Source: an uncultured archaeon (lineage in GTDB: Archaea; Asgardarchaeota; Lokiarchaeia; Sigyniarchaeales; SOKP01). From it: 64,000 nt of DNA. Position numbers and translations under genes: made by a program. Location of the stretch: contig CAZALK010000012.1 of NCBI GenBank assembly GCA_964486045.1, positions 111,206 to 175,205 of the forward strand, given 5' to 3'. Positions 8,787 to 19,465 of the stretch are shown in pieces (the stretch's first letter is position 1; each line of letters starts with the position of its first letter). The notes under the pieces were generated by a model. It was not told where the DNA came from. It saw nothing but the letters and a program-made list of their open reading frames with translations, and did no database searches.

Positions 8787-10997
8787 ATGAACTTAAAATC
8801 TTACACCGATATAATAATTAAAAGGAAAAAACCTCTTCCTCTCCATAACATGCAAGTGGAATCAAAAAAATATTACAATGGTCCGTATATAAAAAAAGAT
8901 ACTGTTTTTTATCGACATTATCAAGAAAATATTGTAAATAGTTGTACAAATAAAAATTCTTTAGTTGTATTACCCACTGGTTTAGGAAAAACTATTATTG
9001 GAATTTTACTAATTTCACGTGCTCTCAAAAAGTATTCGAAGGGAAAAATAATTGTGCTTGCTCCTACAAGGCCATTAGTTAATCAACATAAAAGTTCTTG
9101 TGAAAAGTTCCTAGATATTGAGACTGAAAAAATCGTATCTTTCACAGGAAAGATATCCCCTGAGAAAAGAATCTATTTATTCAAAAATTCAAATGTAATC
9201 GTATCTACTCCGCAAGTAATTAATAACGATTTAACCAGAGGTCGTTATGACTTAACACGAGTCTCATTAATTATATTTGATGAGGCTCACAAGACAAAAG
9301 GAAGATATTCTTACAATTTCATTTCAAAAGAGTATAGTAAGACGTGCAATGATCCTTTGATTTTAGGATTGACAGCTTCACCAGGAAAGGATTTTGAACA
9401 TATACAAGAAATCTGTGATAATTTACTAATAGAAAATATTGTGTTTAGAGGTTATGAAGATGAAGATGTAGTCAAATATATTCATGAAATAGATACTTTT
9501 ATAAATTTGGTAGATCTACCAATAAAGGTTTTGGAATTAACCCAAATTTGGCAAAATCTCTTTCAAAACTTTTTAAGCTTCTTTATAGACAGAAAATTAA
9601 TTAATCCATTCAAGAAATACTACTCAAAATTAGATTTTTTGAGAATCTCTCATGATCTAACAGTATCAATAAGATATGAACAGGGTTACGAATTAGAAGA
9701 TGAATATATGGATTGCTTATTTTATCAGGAGCCAAAGATTATAGACATTATCAAAGATAAAGATATTGATATACATTCAGTTTATTCATATTGTTCAAGT
9801 TGTGTCTCTCTTCTTCATGCAAAAGATTTAATTGAAACCCAAAATATTTCACTTTTTATTTCTTTTTTGGAAAGGATTAAATACAAAGCTGAAGAGGGGA
9901 TCCTCTCTGCAAAAAGAATTGTAAATTCCAAGCATTTCAAATTAATAAATTCAATGATTGAAAAAGAAAATACACAAAATTTAACTCACCCTAAAATAAA
10001 CAAGATTATCTCAATCATTCGAGAAGAAAAGGAAGAATATAGTAATAAGAAAATAATAATTTTCACACAATTTAGAGAAATGGCCGAATTTTTAAAGATT
10101 AAATTGAAAAACGAATTTCAAGATCATTTAATAATTGAGAAGTTTATTGGTCAGTCTTCTAAAATAGATGATATTGGGTTTTCCCAAAACGTACAAGGAG
10201 AAATTCTTCAAAAATTCAGAAATGATAAAATTAATATTCTAATAGCAACAAGCGTTGCTGAAGAAGGGATTGATATCCCAAATGTAGACGCGGTTATATT
10301 CTACGAACCTGTTCCCTCTGAGATAAGATTAATTCAAAGGCGAGGAAGAACAGGTAGAACTGCCCCTGGAAGGTGTTATATTTTAGTAACCGAAGATACT
10401 GTTGATATTCCATTTTATCATGTTGCTAGGAGAAAAGAAAACTTAATGAAATCTATTCTAACCGATTATGACCAAATAAAGTTGAATGAAAACCTGGAAC
10501 GCAAATCAATTACTTTTTCAGTGTCTGAGATAAATGAATGTGCAAATATAGATCTCGTTAAAAATTTTAAGGAAAGAAGAGAACGAGAAAAAGAATTATT
10601 GGCAGACCGTTCGATTGAGGATATTCTTAGCCAATTAGATAATTTTTGCAAAAGTGAGGAATATGAAAAAATTAAGGAATCAGGAGTGACTTTTTATTCG
10701 GATCTATTACAATTAGATCTGTCAAATTTGAGAAATAAGATATCAAAAATAAAAGGGAGGAAAAAAATGCATCAAGAAAAAAGAAAGATATACCTAAACA
10801 AAAATGTAAAAGCTATTATTAATTTAGTAAAGACTTATGGAGAAAATGGTAAACTAGATTTTAAAAAATTACAGCATCTTGCTAAAGAGGAAGAAATAGT
10901 AGATCGGAAATTCTTTATTCATTTTAACCAAGCTTGCTTTCAAGGATACCTTAAAAAGCACATGGATAGTGTTCAATTTATTATGGATTATGATTAG
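8787..10997 (+). CDS. hef: Hef/FANCM/Mph1-family SF2 helicase, no recognisable ERCC4 nuclease domain
   Basis: LPTGLGKT, APTRPL, DEAH, TASPG, TSVAEEGIDIP, QRRGRTGR. Confidence 0.88.
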   Translation: MNLKSYTDIIIKRKKPLPLHNMQVESKKYYNGPYIKKDTVFYRHYQENIVNSCTNKNSLVVLPTGLGKTIIGILLISRALKKYSKGKIIVLAPTRPLVNQHKSSCEKFLDIETEKIVSFTGKISPEKRIYLFKNSNVIVSTPQVINNDLTRGRYDLTRVSLIIFDEAHKTKGRYSYNFISKEYSKTCNDPLILGLTASPGKDFEHIQEICDNLLIENIVFRGYEDEDVVKYIHEIDTFINLVDLPIKVLELTQIWQNLFQNFLSFFIDRKLINPFKKYYSKLDFLRISHDLTVSIRYEQGYELEDEYMDCLFYQEPKIIDIIKDKDIDIHSVYSYCSSCVSLLHAKDLIETQNISLFISFLERIKYKAEEGILSAKRIVNSKHFKLINSMIEKENTQNLTHPKINKIISIIREEKEEYSNKKIIIFTQFREMAEFLKIKLKNEFQDHLIIEKFIGQSSKIDDIGFSQNVQGEILQKFRNDKINILIATSVAEEGIDIPNVDAVIFYEPVPSEIRLIQRRGRTGRTAPGRCYILVTEDTVDIPFYHVARRKENLMKSILTDYDQIKLNENLERKSITFSVSEINECANIDLVKNFKERREREKELLADRSIEDILSQLDNFCKSEEYEKIKESGVTFYSDLLQLDLSNLRNKISKIKGRKKMHQEKRKIYLNKNVKAIINLVKTYGENGKLDFKKLQHLAKEEEIVDRKFFIHFNQACFQGYLKKHMDSVQFIMDYD

Positions 10998-11020
10998 TCT
11001 TTTACTTTTTTAACCAATAA

Positions 11021-14000
11021 TCAATTAATTTTTTCTTCTTTTTTTCTTATCAAATAATAACCCAAAATTATCATCGTTATTATTATCGGTAATGCAAGTG
11101 CAACAGGATTGTTTCCGCTAATAAGGAAGAAATAATATGAGATTGCGACAATTGAGGAAAAGAAAGCAATTATACTACCGTATTGAACTGCAAAATTTCT
11201 CAAATTATGTCTAAGCATCTGCAATTTATAATTTGTACTCTTTATAACTTCTAATTCAGTCTCGTCCAATTCATCCAATATGTCAGGATTTTCAAAATAA
11301 ATATAGAATCGAGGGTCATATTTCCCTTTTAGCTTTCCGGTACTAATTAGGAATAATAAATGGTCTTGAATATTTTGTTTCTTAATCTTTAATTCATTAT
11401 TTAAGAAGCTAATTGTTAAAAATTCATTAGCTACAGCTTTTATGGTCATAGTGATATACTCTTGTAAAATTAATCGTTCCAATGATTTTACTTTTTCACT
11501 CAAAATCTCTGTGAATTCAATTAAAAATTTCTCAAAATCCTCTAATACAAATTTTGAAATTTGACGAAAGTTTTTTGATTGTCTTTTGTATTCCCTTACC
11601 ATCGTATTTGCTGCTTTGTTAATCTCTTTAATCTCAGATTCAATATTTTTTGCTCTCTTTTGAATTAAAATATTTATCTTTTTAAATTCCTTGATTTCAA
11701 TATTATCCTCTACCTTTCTCTCAAGATTTCCTAGTAGTAGGCTTAGTTTAATTTTATTACTGTTTATAAAATCTATTAACTTTCCACGAAAAGATTCATT
11801 TTTCATAGTTTCTATTTGATCATTAATTTTTTCAGCCTTCTTGTTGAATTCCTCCTGAAAATCATTTTTTTTCCTCACAAATATCTCTCTTATCTCTGGA
11901 ATCAATTTCCTGGAATCCCCAGATTTATTAGATATTTTCTTTATTTCATTTTCTACTTTTTCTTGTATTTGTCGTGATCTTTCCTTGAATTCCTGCCTTT
12001 TGTTTTCAAACAACTCTTGATTCTCTAAATAGGAGTCATTTTCTTCAGAATCTTTAACAAATCTATTGTAATATTCTTTTACTTCAATTTTCAGTGTATT
12101 GTATTGTTGATCTACAAAATTCTGCATCGAATTAAAAAGATCTAAAGAATGTTCTATAATATTTATGGCATTTTTGTCATTTTCTAAGATTGAATCAAAA
12201 TAAATTTTTGTACTGAGGAATTCTTTCCGTTCCTGATTTATTTGAAGTTCATTGATTTTATCATAGAATTTCTTTGGGATAATTTCATTAAAACCTTTTA
12301 AATCCTTAATTCTATTTTGAAGTTCTAACATATTTGTCTTTAAAGTCAAATTTCTAATACTTGAGTCATAGAGCGCAAGTATGTTCCCAACTCTTTCTCG
12401 GTTTGATTTTAATAAATGATTATCAACGTAGTTTCTTAAATCTTTATTTAAATAATAAAATTCGGTATGAATTAGAACTGATTTATCATTTTCATTCAAT
12501 TCAGCAGATACTTTAGAGATTCCTATCATATTTTTCAATCTTTTAATTAAAATCTTGCAAGAGAGTTTTAAATCATCTCTTAAATCGACAAGTTTAATAT
12601 TATTAGTTTTTTTCTCGATTGCCATTATATTTATTCTATTTGAAATAACAATATCAATAAACTCGTATTTTAACTCAGAAATTTCATTGATGAAAAAATC
12701 AGCGAATTTTTCCCATTGCAGGATAGTCATATTTGATTTTTCCTTAAAGTTTTCAATGCTTTTAGTGCAACTATTAAATTTCTTTAAAAATAATTTATTT
12801 GTTTTGTTAAAATTAGATTTAATTATATCAAATTCCTTACTTATCTGCTCAATTTGTAAATTTTTTGACTGATCAAATCTAGTTTTAATTTTTGATAATT
12901 CATTTTTTAATTTAAGCGCCTCCTGGGTCACGAAATTATCAAAGTCTTGTACTTTAGTTTTATTTCTCTCCTCTGTAACCTTATCCTTTAAAGATTGCGC
13001 TTGTTTGGCTATTGATTCAATAATCCTTGATTCTGAATTATCTAGATTGTCCTGCAGATGTTTAAATAATAAATAAAGTCCCTGTTTTTCATTGATCTCA
13101 TCTTTAACAACCGATTGGAGATTTTTAATCTCCTTTAGTTCAGCATTCAGTAAGATATCGGATTCTTTTCTAATGATTTCAAAAGCCTTTTGAAATTGAT
13201 TTGTTGAGATCTTACTCTTAGTATTTTCCCCAATCTTAGAAATCTCGTTATTTGATTTAACATTAAATACCTCTATTTTGTTTAAAATCTCTTTAAAAAA
13301 CTGGAATCCCTCATTATAAAATTTATACTCGTTTTCAAATTTCTCTTTAATCCTTACCCAATTTTCTATTATTTTCCTATGCTTATCAACAATTTCTACT
13401 TCTCTTGTTGTAATTTGTTGGGAGATATTATAGATAATTTTATCGTATTTGCTTATATCTTCGATAATTTGATTCAAATGTTGGATAATAAAAGAAAATT
13501 TATTACTATCATATTCTCTCTCAAGATTCTCACTGAAAATTTTCTTAAAAGAGTTTACCTTTTTGTCCAAGTCTTCTTCAATTAAGCCAAGTCTTTCCAT
13601 TAAATTTTCTAATAGTCTATTTAAATTTCTTATTTTCTCTTTCTCTTGTATTTTACCTTTAAGATTTGAATCAACCTCGACTAAATTATGATGTAAAACT
13701 GAATATCCTTTATTCCATTTAGCGATTTCAGTACTTAAAGTAGTTTTAATATTAATATAGTATAAATCTTCATTAAATGAATTTTCAATATTTTCATTCA
13801 AGAAATCAGCTTCCATTACAGCACTTCTTATTATAAATTTTAATCTTTCCTTTGCGTAATCAACTTCATTAATTAAGAGATAACTGTTAATTTCTTCTTT
13901 TATTTGTTTTCCTATATTCTTTAATTTTAAGTTAACATTATAGATATCATTCCTGATATCTTCTAATTTCTCTTTTTCCTCAAGAATCCTCTCCATGTTT

Positions 14001-15427
14001 ATTTCCGTGTCAGATAAAATAATTTTTTCTAAAATATATTTCAAATAAAAGTTATATTTTGTTTTCGCTAAGAATGGTTTTTTGGTTCTTATGTTCCCCT
14101 TAAAGAAATTCCTCGAAATTAAATCATTGATTGTCGGAATAATATCCTCTTTCAACTTTAAAGGCTCCATATTCTGAGTTTTAAATTTCTTAAACATCTC
14201 TGACAACGAAATTATACTTTTTTTCCTAATTTGATCATAAAATCTCTGAATAAATTCCTGTTTCCCACCTGCTAAATTCCGAATATAATTTCTAAATTCG
14301 ATTTTGTTATCTAATATTCTTAAATTAAAATTATAATTAAGATTAATATAGGAGATGAGATCTTCAATATCGTTAAATAATCCAAAAGTAGTTTTCAATT
14401 GATTTAAATCAATATATTTCTCTTTTTCCAGTTCCTTAAACACTAATCTTTCAATTTCGCCGATGAATTTCTTCCATATTAAAGATAAAAGAATAATTAA
14501 TTTAGAAACAGCAGCTAGGTGTAAAACATCCCACTTCTCAATATTGCTTAAAATCTCATTTAATTGAACATTAATAAACAAATATACCCCTGAAGGGTTG
14601 TAATCTAAAAGCCATGAATAAAGATCTAATACGTAAACTATCCAAAAAGTATCATTAAGATTTTCTGTTTGATTAAAACCATAACCGCCTGTTTCCATTT
14701 GATATTGGTGAAGGTTTTGAAATTCTTTTTCTTTTACTTCTAATTCTAAATCTATAGATTTTAAACAAAGAAACTTATAGACTAATGGGATGGTTTTTTT
14801 TTTGGTATCCCCAATTAATAAACGAAATTGATCCCGGTTATTACGAACATCTACACCCAGAAGCGTAAGGATCTCCATGACATAAAATAAAGTCCTTGCA
14901 GGGGAAATGCTTTTACAAACATCACACTCATTATCATGACAGTGTAAGAATACATTTCCTTTCTTATGTGAAAGAATAAAATTTTTAACATCTTCTTTAA
15001 TGTGACTCTGACCTTCTGAGGCAAAGAATTCTTTTAGAACTCCAAGATTTTTTAAACTGGCTAATGCTAGATAAGTGGAGTAAATATCGGCGTGTTTTTG
15101 AGGATCAAGTGACAGTTTAAATCCTAGCTTTTTATCTACCCTAATTTCGCATTTTTTAATGAAACTAAATAATCCATCTCGTTCTTTCTTCTTTTCTTCT
15201 TTCAAATATTTTCTAAGCAGTGAAAACCAGAATACATCTTCTAATGTTAAGCTATGCTCATCTAATAAATTCTTGTTAAAGTAATTGTAAAAAGTAATTA
15301 ATTTATTATAATCTCTTACGTAAAAACGCCCAATATCTTTTCGTTTAATAATGACAAATGATTTAAATGGCTCCTTTTTAAACTTGGTGATATATGGGTA
15401 AGCTGACTTCTTCTCAATGTTAATCAA
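11021..15427 (-). CDS. 1468-aa protein: prenyltransferase-like alpha-barrel, winged-helix/PCI-like segments, long coiled coil, two C-terminal TM helices
   Basis: GF...DIYSTYLALASLKNLG and GGYG...DTFW repeats; heptad-rich middle; LISTGKLKGKYD; hydrophobic C-terminus. Confidence 0.7.
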   Translation of the reverse strand: MINIEKKSAYPYITKFKKEPFKSFVIIKRKDIGRFYVRDYNKLITFYNYFNKNLLDEHSLTLEDVFWFSLLRKYLKEEKKKERDGLFSFIKKCEIRVDKKLGFKLSLDPQKHADIYSTYLALASLKNLGVLKEFFASEGQSHIKEDVKNFILSHKKGNVFLHCHDNECDVCKSISPARTLFYVMEILTLLGVDVRNNRDQFRLLIGDTKKKTIPLVYKFLCLKSIDLELEVKEKEFQNLHQYQMETGGYGFNQTENLNDTFWIVYVLDLYSWLLDYNPSGVYLFINVQLNEILSNIEKWDVLHLAAVSKLIILLSLIWKKFIGEIERLVFKELEKEKYIDLNQLKTTFGLFNDIEDLISYINLNYNFNLRILDNKIEFRNYIRNLAGGKQEFIQRFYDQIRKKSIISLSEMFKKFKTQNMEPLKLKEDIIPTINDLISRNFFKGNIRTKKPFLAKTKYNFYLKYILEKIILSDTEINMERILEEKEKLEDIRNDIYNVNLKLKNIGKQIKEEINSYLLINEVDYAKERLKFIIRSAVMEADFLNENIENSFNEDLYYINIKTTLSTEIAKWNKGYSVLHHNLVEVDSNLKGKIQEKEKIRNLNRLLENLMERLGLIEEDLDKKVNSFKKIFSENLEREYDSNKFSFIIQHLNQIIEDISKYDKIIYNISQQITTREVEIVDKHRKIIENWVRIKEKFENEYKFYNEGFQFFKEILNKIEVFNVKSNNEISKIGENTKSKISTNQFQKAFEIIRKESDILLNAELKEIKNLQSVVKDEINEKQGLYLLFKHLQDNLDNSESRIIESIAKQAQSLKDKVTEERNKTKVQDFDNFVTQEALKLKNELSKIKTRFDQSKNLQIEQISKEFDIIKSNFNKTNKLFLKKFNSCTKSIENFKEKSNMTILQWEKFADFFINEISELKYEFIDIVISNRINIMAIEKKTNNIKLVDLRDDLKLSCKILIKRLKNMIGISKVSAELNENDKSVLIHTEFYYLNKDLRNYVDNHLLKSNRERVGNILALYDSSIRNLTLKTNMLELQNRIKDLKGFNEIIPKKFYDKINELQINQERKEFLSTKIYFDSILENDKNAINIIEHSLDLFNSMQNFVDQQYNTLKIEVKEYYNRFVKDSEENDSYLENQELFENKRQEFKERSRQIQEKVENEIKKISNKSGDSRKLIPEIREIFVRKKNDFQEEFNKKAEKINDQIETMKNESFRGKLIDFINSNKIKLSLLLGNLERKVEDNIEIKEFKKINILIQKRAKNIESEIKEINKAANTMVREYKRQSKNFRQISKFVLEDFEKFLIEFTEILSEKVKSLERLILQEYITMTIKAVANEFLTISFLNNELKIKKQNIQDHLLFLISTGKLKGKYDPRFYIYFENPDILDELDETELEVIKSTNYKLQMLRHNLRNFAVQYGSIIAFFSSIVAISYYFFLISGNNPVALALPIIITMIILGYYLIRKKEEKIN

Positions 15428-15654
15428 ATTAAAAGAACCCCGAAAATGGTAAATTTTCTTATTTTGTAATTAATGAAAATCTTGACATTTATTTTTATTG
15501 AAATTGGAATAACACCTTTAAAATTACATTAAATCATAAAAATTATAGATGCATACTTAAACATGCTTGAGAAAATTCACAGTTGATAAGTCTAATTATG
15601 CTCTTTTTAAGAAAGGAATGTTACAACTATAATGCTGATAAATGTAATTTACAT

Positions 15655-16278
15655 CTAGTTTTGCTCTTTAAGTGGTTTTAAATAAGTTCGCTTTTTATTC
15701 ATATAAACCATAATTAGAGCAAAAAACAAACAAACCACAACAATATAAAAAATTATATTTATTATTGAGGGTGAATTTGCGTTATAATAGTCTAAAATGA
15801 TATTAAAATAACTTGAAAAACCATAATTCTCATTTGATGAAGAATCTTTAGCTGTAATTCTAACTGTGTATGTTTCATTATTTGGATAAGATGTAAAATT
15901 ATCCCAAAAGAAAAACCATAAGTCTTCTTCAGCGAAAATCATTGAAGCACTAAAAAGAGAAGTTGAGTTGCTTGAAATTTCTATTGAAACGTTTCCTGGC
16001 AAAGGAGGGTTGGCATCAGTAATATTTACCATAAAATCAAAATAAGTTGACCTGATTGTTGTGTTATTTAATTCAGGATTAACAAAAGTAATAATTGGAG
16101 CAGTTGTATCACCATTTGCAGATTTAATTACATACGAGAATTTCTCCTCTTCAAGTACTTCATTTAAACTACCAATTTTCAAGATATTTAACGATAAAAT
16201 AAAAAATGATGAAATTACCGAAGAAGCAAGTACTACAAGTAAGATAAGGCTTTTTCTCTGTTTAGTAATATCTTCCAC
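15655..16278 (-). CDS. Membrane-anchored Ig-like domain protein
   Basis: N- and C-terminal TM segments; DTTAPIITFVNP...YTVRITAKD beta-sandwich pattern. Confidence 0.75.
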   Translation of the reverse strand: MEDITKQRKSLILLVVLASSVISSFFILSLNILKIGSLNEVLEEEKFSYVIKSANGDTTAPIITFVNPELNNTTIRSTYFDFMVNITDANPPLPGNVSIEISSNSTSLFSASMIFAEEDLWFFFWDNFTSYPNNETYTVRITAKDSSSNENYGFSSYFNIILDYYNANSPSIINIIFYIVVVCLFFALIMVYMNKKRTYLKPLKEQN

Positions 16279-16419
16279 GACAATAACATGCTAATATTTT
16301 ATTAAGTTAGAATAAATCTGAAGTGTAATTTAAATTTTAAGTCAAAAAAATACCAGAATTAGAATTTAAAGAATTTTTCCATAGATAAAATTATGGTTAT
16401 AGATTTTTTTTTGTTTTAT

Positions 16420-17898
16420 TTAAATTAGGGACCATGTATCTTTTATACCTATATTATCTTGGATTAAAGGAGTTTGGATGTCATTTATGGATTTCACCAT
16501 CCCTGAAGGGACAAAATTTTTCGCAAAATTGAAAGCGTCTCCTACTGTCTGACTTTGATTAATTTGCTCCCAGAATTGATGGAAGAACCATGATCCGGCA
16601 AAATTATCGGCATTATTGTTATCTCGCCAATACCATGAAAGAATATCCGTGGTTGATGTGATCAAAATAGAATTTGGTATATTATACCAACTCAATCCAA
16701 AATTTGCATTTTCGTTTAAAAAATTACCGCTGAAACACATGTCAATGTTTATTAGTATACGAGCACAAATAATTTGCTTAACTAAATTAAAAAACTCTAA
16801 TTCTGTGATATAACTGTCATCTGCCTCGAAATGAAATGTTGCATTACCATCACTAAGTACTTTATTTGAACCATGATCAGATATGAAAATTATTAATTCA
16901 TCGTTTGTCTGAATTCCTGAAGCAAATGAACCCGAGATGGAAACATCTAATTCTTGTTTAAATCTGCTAGTATTTACAGCATCATTTTCAACATCAATTA
17001 CTGCACCAACCAAATCATTTGGGATTCCATCGGATGCTATGATGTCTATTATAGAATCTCCGGTATGATAAAGCATTAAAAAAATATCATCGTCTGTATA
17101 TCCATTATTCTTTAAAATCCAGTAAACTTGAAGGGCTTGAGCAGGGAATCCGTCTGTATTTGTATTACTTGGAATTGGAATTGGGATTGGGGGTGGGAAC
17201 CAATATTCTACTCCAACATCATCAAAAAGCACCATATCAGTACCCGTCATATTACCTTCAACTGCTAACACTAAATGCAATTGGGTTATTTCATTAAGAG
17301 TAGAACTGTTGGCGATGCCGGTTACATTGAGAAAATTCCAACCGGGAATTGCTCCAAATATACCTGTTGACCAGTCAGTTCTTATTACTCCATTAGTAGA
17401 ATTTAACCATCTTAATCCAATTCTTGCACCAGTTCCGGGTGGTATTATAGTAGCAGGAGTCCATGCATTAGTTGTAATATTAACCCAAGCCGATAAATTG
17501 TAAGCTGCAAATTTAATTAATGAAGAATATTTTGTCCAATTGTATATTATTTCCGTATTTACATATTTAGATACAGCGGGACCCTTTACAATTATTTGCA
17601 CAACTCCAGGAGTATCACGGCCAGGTATAGAACTATCAATTCCACCATATTCATTAGAACCCCAATTTTCTATCCATTTAGGGGGGAACGGTTCATTATC
17701 AAATTTTGCATCTTCCCCATCATTAAAATCACTTTCCCCGTCTTTTCTATAAAAATCGTTTGCACTACTGAGAATAATTGCTTTTTTAGAACCTGGCGCT
17801 GAAACTTGCCCTGGTGGTAGAAAAACAATAATCAAAGCAACTACTAAAATCGCAATTATTGCTAGAGCGATAATTGGTGCCACTTTTTTTAGGTTCAT
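16420..17898 (-). CDS. Membrane-anchored C13 (legumain/caspase-fold) cysteine peptidase with an inserted beta-rich domain
   Basis: SDHG and DMCFSG catalytic dyad motifs; N-terminal TM. Confidence 0.8.
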   Translation of the reverse strand: MNLKKVAPIIALAIIAILVVALIIVFLPPGQVSAPGSKKAIILSSANDFYRKDGESDFNDGEDAKFDNEPFPPKWIENWGSNEYGGIDSSIPGRDTPGVVQIIVKGPAVSKYVNTEIIYNWTKYSSLIKFAAYNLSAWVNITTNAWTPATIIPPGTGARIGLRWLNSTNGVIRTDWSTGIFGAIPGWNFLNVTGIANSSTLNEITQLHLVLAVEGNMTGTDMVLFDDVGVEYWFPPPIPIPIPSNTNTDGFPAQALQVYWILKNNGYTDDDIFLMLYHTGDSIIDIIASDGIPNDLVGAVIDVENDAVNTSRFKQELDVSISGSFASGIQTNDELIIFISDHGSNKVLSDGNATFHFEADDSYITELEFFNLVKQIICARILINIDMCFSGNFLNENANFGLSWYNIPNSILITSTTDILSWYWRDNNNADNFAGSWFFHQFWEQINQSQTVGDAFNFAKNFVPSGMVKSINDIQTPLIQDNIGIKDTWSLI

Positions 17899-18056
17899 AA
17901 AATTTTCTAAAATGAAGGTATCAAATGTTAATTAATAAAACATTAAGCTTGTTAGGTTTTTAAATGTATTTTATTTATTTCAAAACTTTCGGTGATTGTG
18001 GTCTTAAAATTATAAAATCAGAAAAAATAAAAAAAATTAATAATGAGCTTATTTAC

Positions 18057-19445
18057 TCATTTTTTCATGCTTACTATTTCTTTTAATGTTGGTTTTTCTG
18101 TAATATCGAGAAGTTTGAACTCATCAATCATTTGAATTAAACCATACACTATTACATCATGATTGTATTGTTCATTTGCATCATATAAATTTCTATAGCA
18201 AAAAGGGCATTCGGTTGTTACTATATCGGCTTTTACCGCATTAGCTTCGTCTAATCGTAAACTGGCAGTTCTGAGCGAAAAATCGGAATATCCTGCTCGT
18301 ACTCCACCTCCCGCACCACAGCAGAAACTATCAAGCTTAATTCTATACATCTCTGTAAATTTGATACCCACATCTTTTTCCAATTGCCTCAGTACGATTC
18401 GGGGGATTTCATACCACTCAGCTATTGCTTGTCTAATCTTACGACTATCCATCATTAGGTTTTTAGATTCTTTAATTATATCTTGTTCCATTTCTAAAGC
18501 GATATGTCTGCCAAGATGACATGGATCATGATAAGTGACAACTTTTCCTTTAAGTTCTTTACTAGGCTTAAATTTAATTTTTTCTGCTGTAATTAATCGG
18601 GAAATCAGTTCAAAAGCGTGCATAGTTTTAAATGGAAGTTTTCCCTCAGCCATCCATTTCGGATAATCGTTTGTCAATGTTTTATAGCACCCTGCGCATG
18701 AAAACATGACTAAATCTAACCCTTTAAAAGCCTCAAGATTTTTATTCATTAATTCCTGAGCGGTATCAACAGCACCAACCCTAAAAAAGGGGCTTCCACA
18801 GCAAACTTCATCCTCAACTAATCTGAAATTGATTCCTAACTGTTCAAAAATCTTACTCGTTGCAATTGCAATTTCTATTTGCCGATAACTCGCAGTACAC
18901 CCTATAAAGTAACCAATTTTAGCATCTTTATTGTTAATGTATTTCTCCAAGCCAGCATCTTTTGCCCATTTCAATCGCTCTTCTGCTTTTCCACCATAAG
19001 GATTGTTTAATTCCTTAGTTAAACGCTCAACTAGTTGATGTCTTTCTATCATTGGAACTCCCGCTTCTTTACAAGCAGCACGTAATGCTTCAATAATATC
19101 CACAGTTCGAATCTTATTTTCACATTGAGCCGAACATTGACCACATGTAATGCAAGGCATTATTACATCCCTTACCTCTTCAGTAAATTCTAGATCCCCA
19201 CTTAAAATTGAACGAGCAATCCAAATCTTACCGGCATTCCAGAAAGCTTCCCATCCATGTTCTATTCCAGCTGGGCATGAATCAACCATGCCTTCATAGA
19301 GTACAGTTCCTTGTTTGCCCTTAAACTCACCTATCCCCTTTCTATCAGGTTCACCTGAATAGGCAAATCTGCAAGCCTTACAATGGATGCACTTGAATAT
19401 ATCTTTCTTTAGCTCTTCGAGCCTTTCCATACCTGTTTTTGACAT
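18057..19445 (-). CDS. Fe-S oxidoreductase, GlpC/HdrD (CCG-domain) family
   Basis: CIHCKAC, CITCGQC, CCG, YHDPCHLGR, CCGAGGG, ECPFC. Confidence 0.92.
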   Translation of the reverse strand: MSKTGMERLEELKKDIFKCIHCKACRFAYSGEPDRKGIGEFKGKQGTVLYEGMVDSCPAGIEHGWEAFWNAGKIWIARSILSGDLEFTEEVRDVIMPCITCGQCSAQCENKIRTVDIIEALRAACKEAGVPMIERHQLVERLTKELNNPYGGKAEERLKWAKDAGLEKYINNKDAKIGYFIGCTASYRQIEIAIATSKIFEQLGINFRLVEDEVCCGSPFFRVGAVDTAQELMNKNLEAFKGLDLVMFSCAGCYKTLTNDYPKWMAEGKLPFKTMHAFELISRLITAEKIKFKPSKELKGKVVTYHDPCHLGRHIALEMEQDIIKESKNLMMDSRKIRQAIAEWYEIPRIVLRQLEKDVGIKFTEMYRIKLDSFCCGAGGGVRAGYSDFSLRTASLRLDEANAVKADIVTTECPFCYRNLYDANEQYNHDVIVYGLIQMIDEFKLLDITEKPTLKEIVSMKK

Positions 19446-19465
19446 TTTTCTATTAACCTCCTTTA

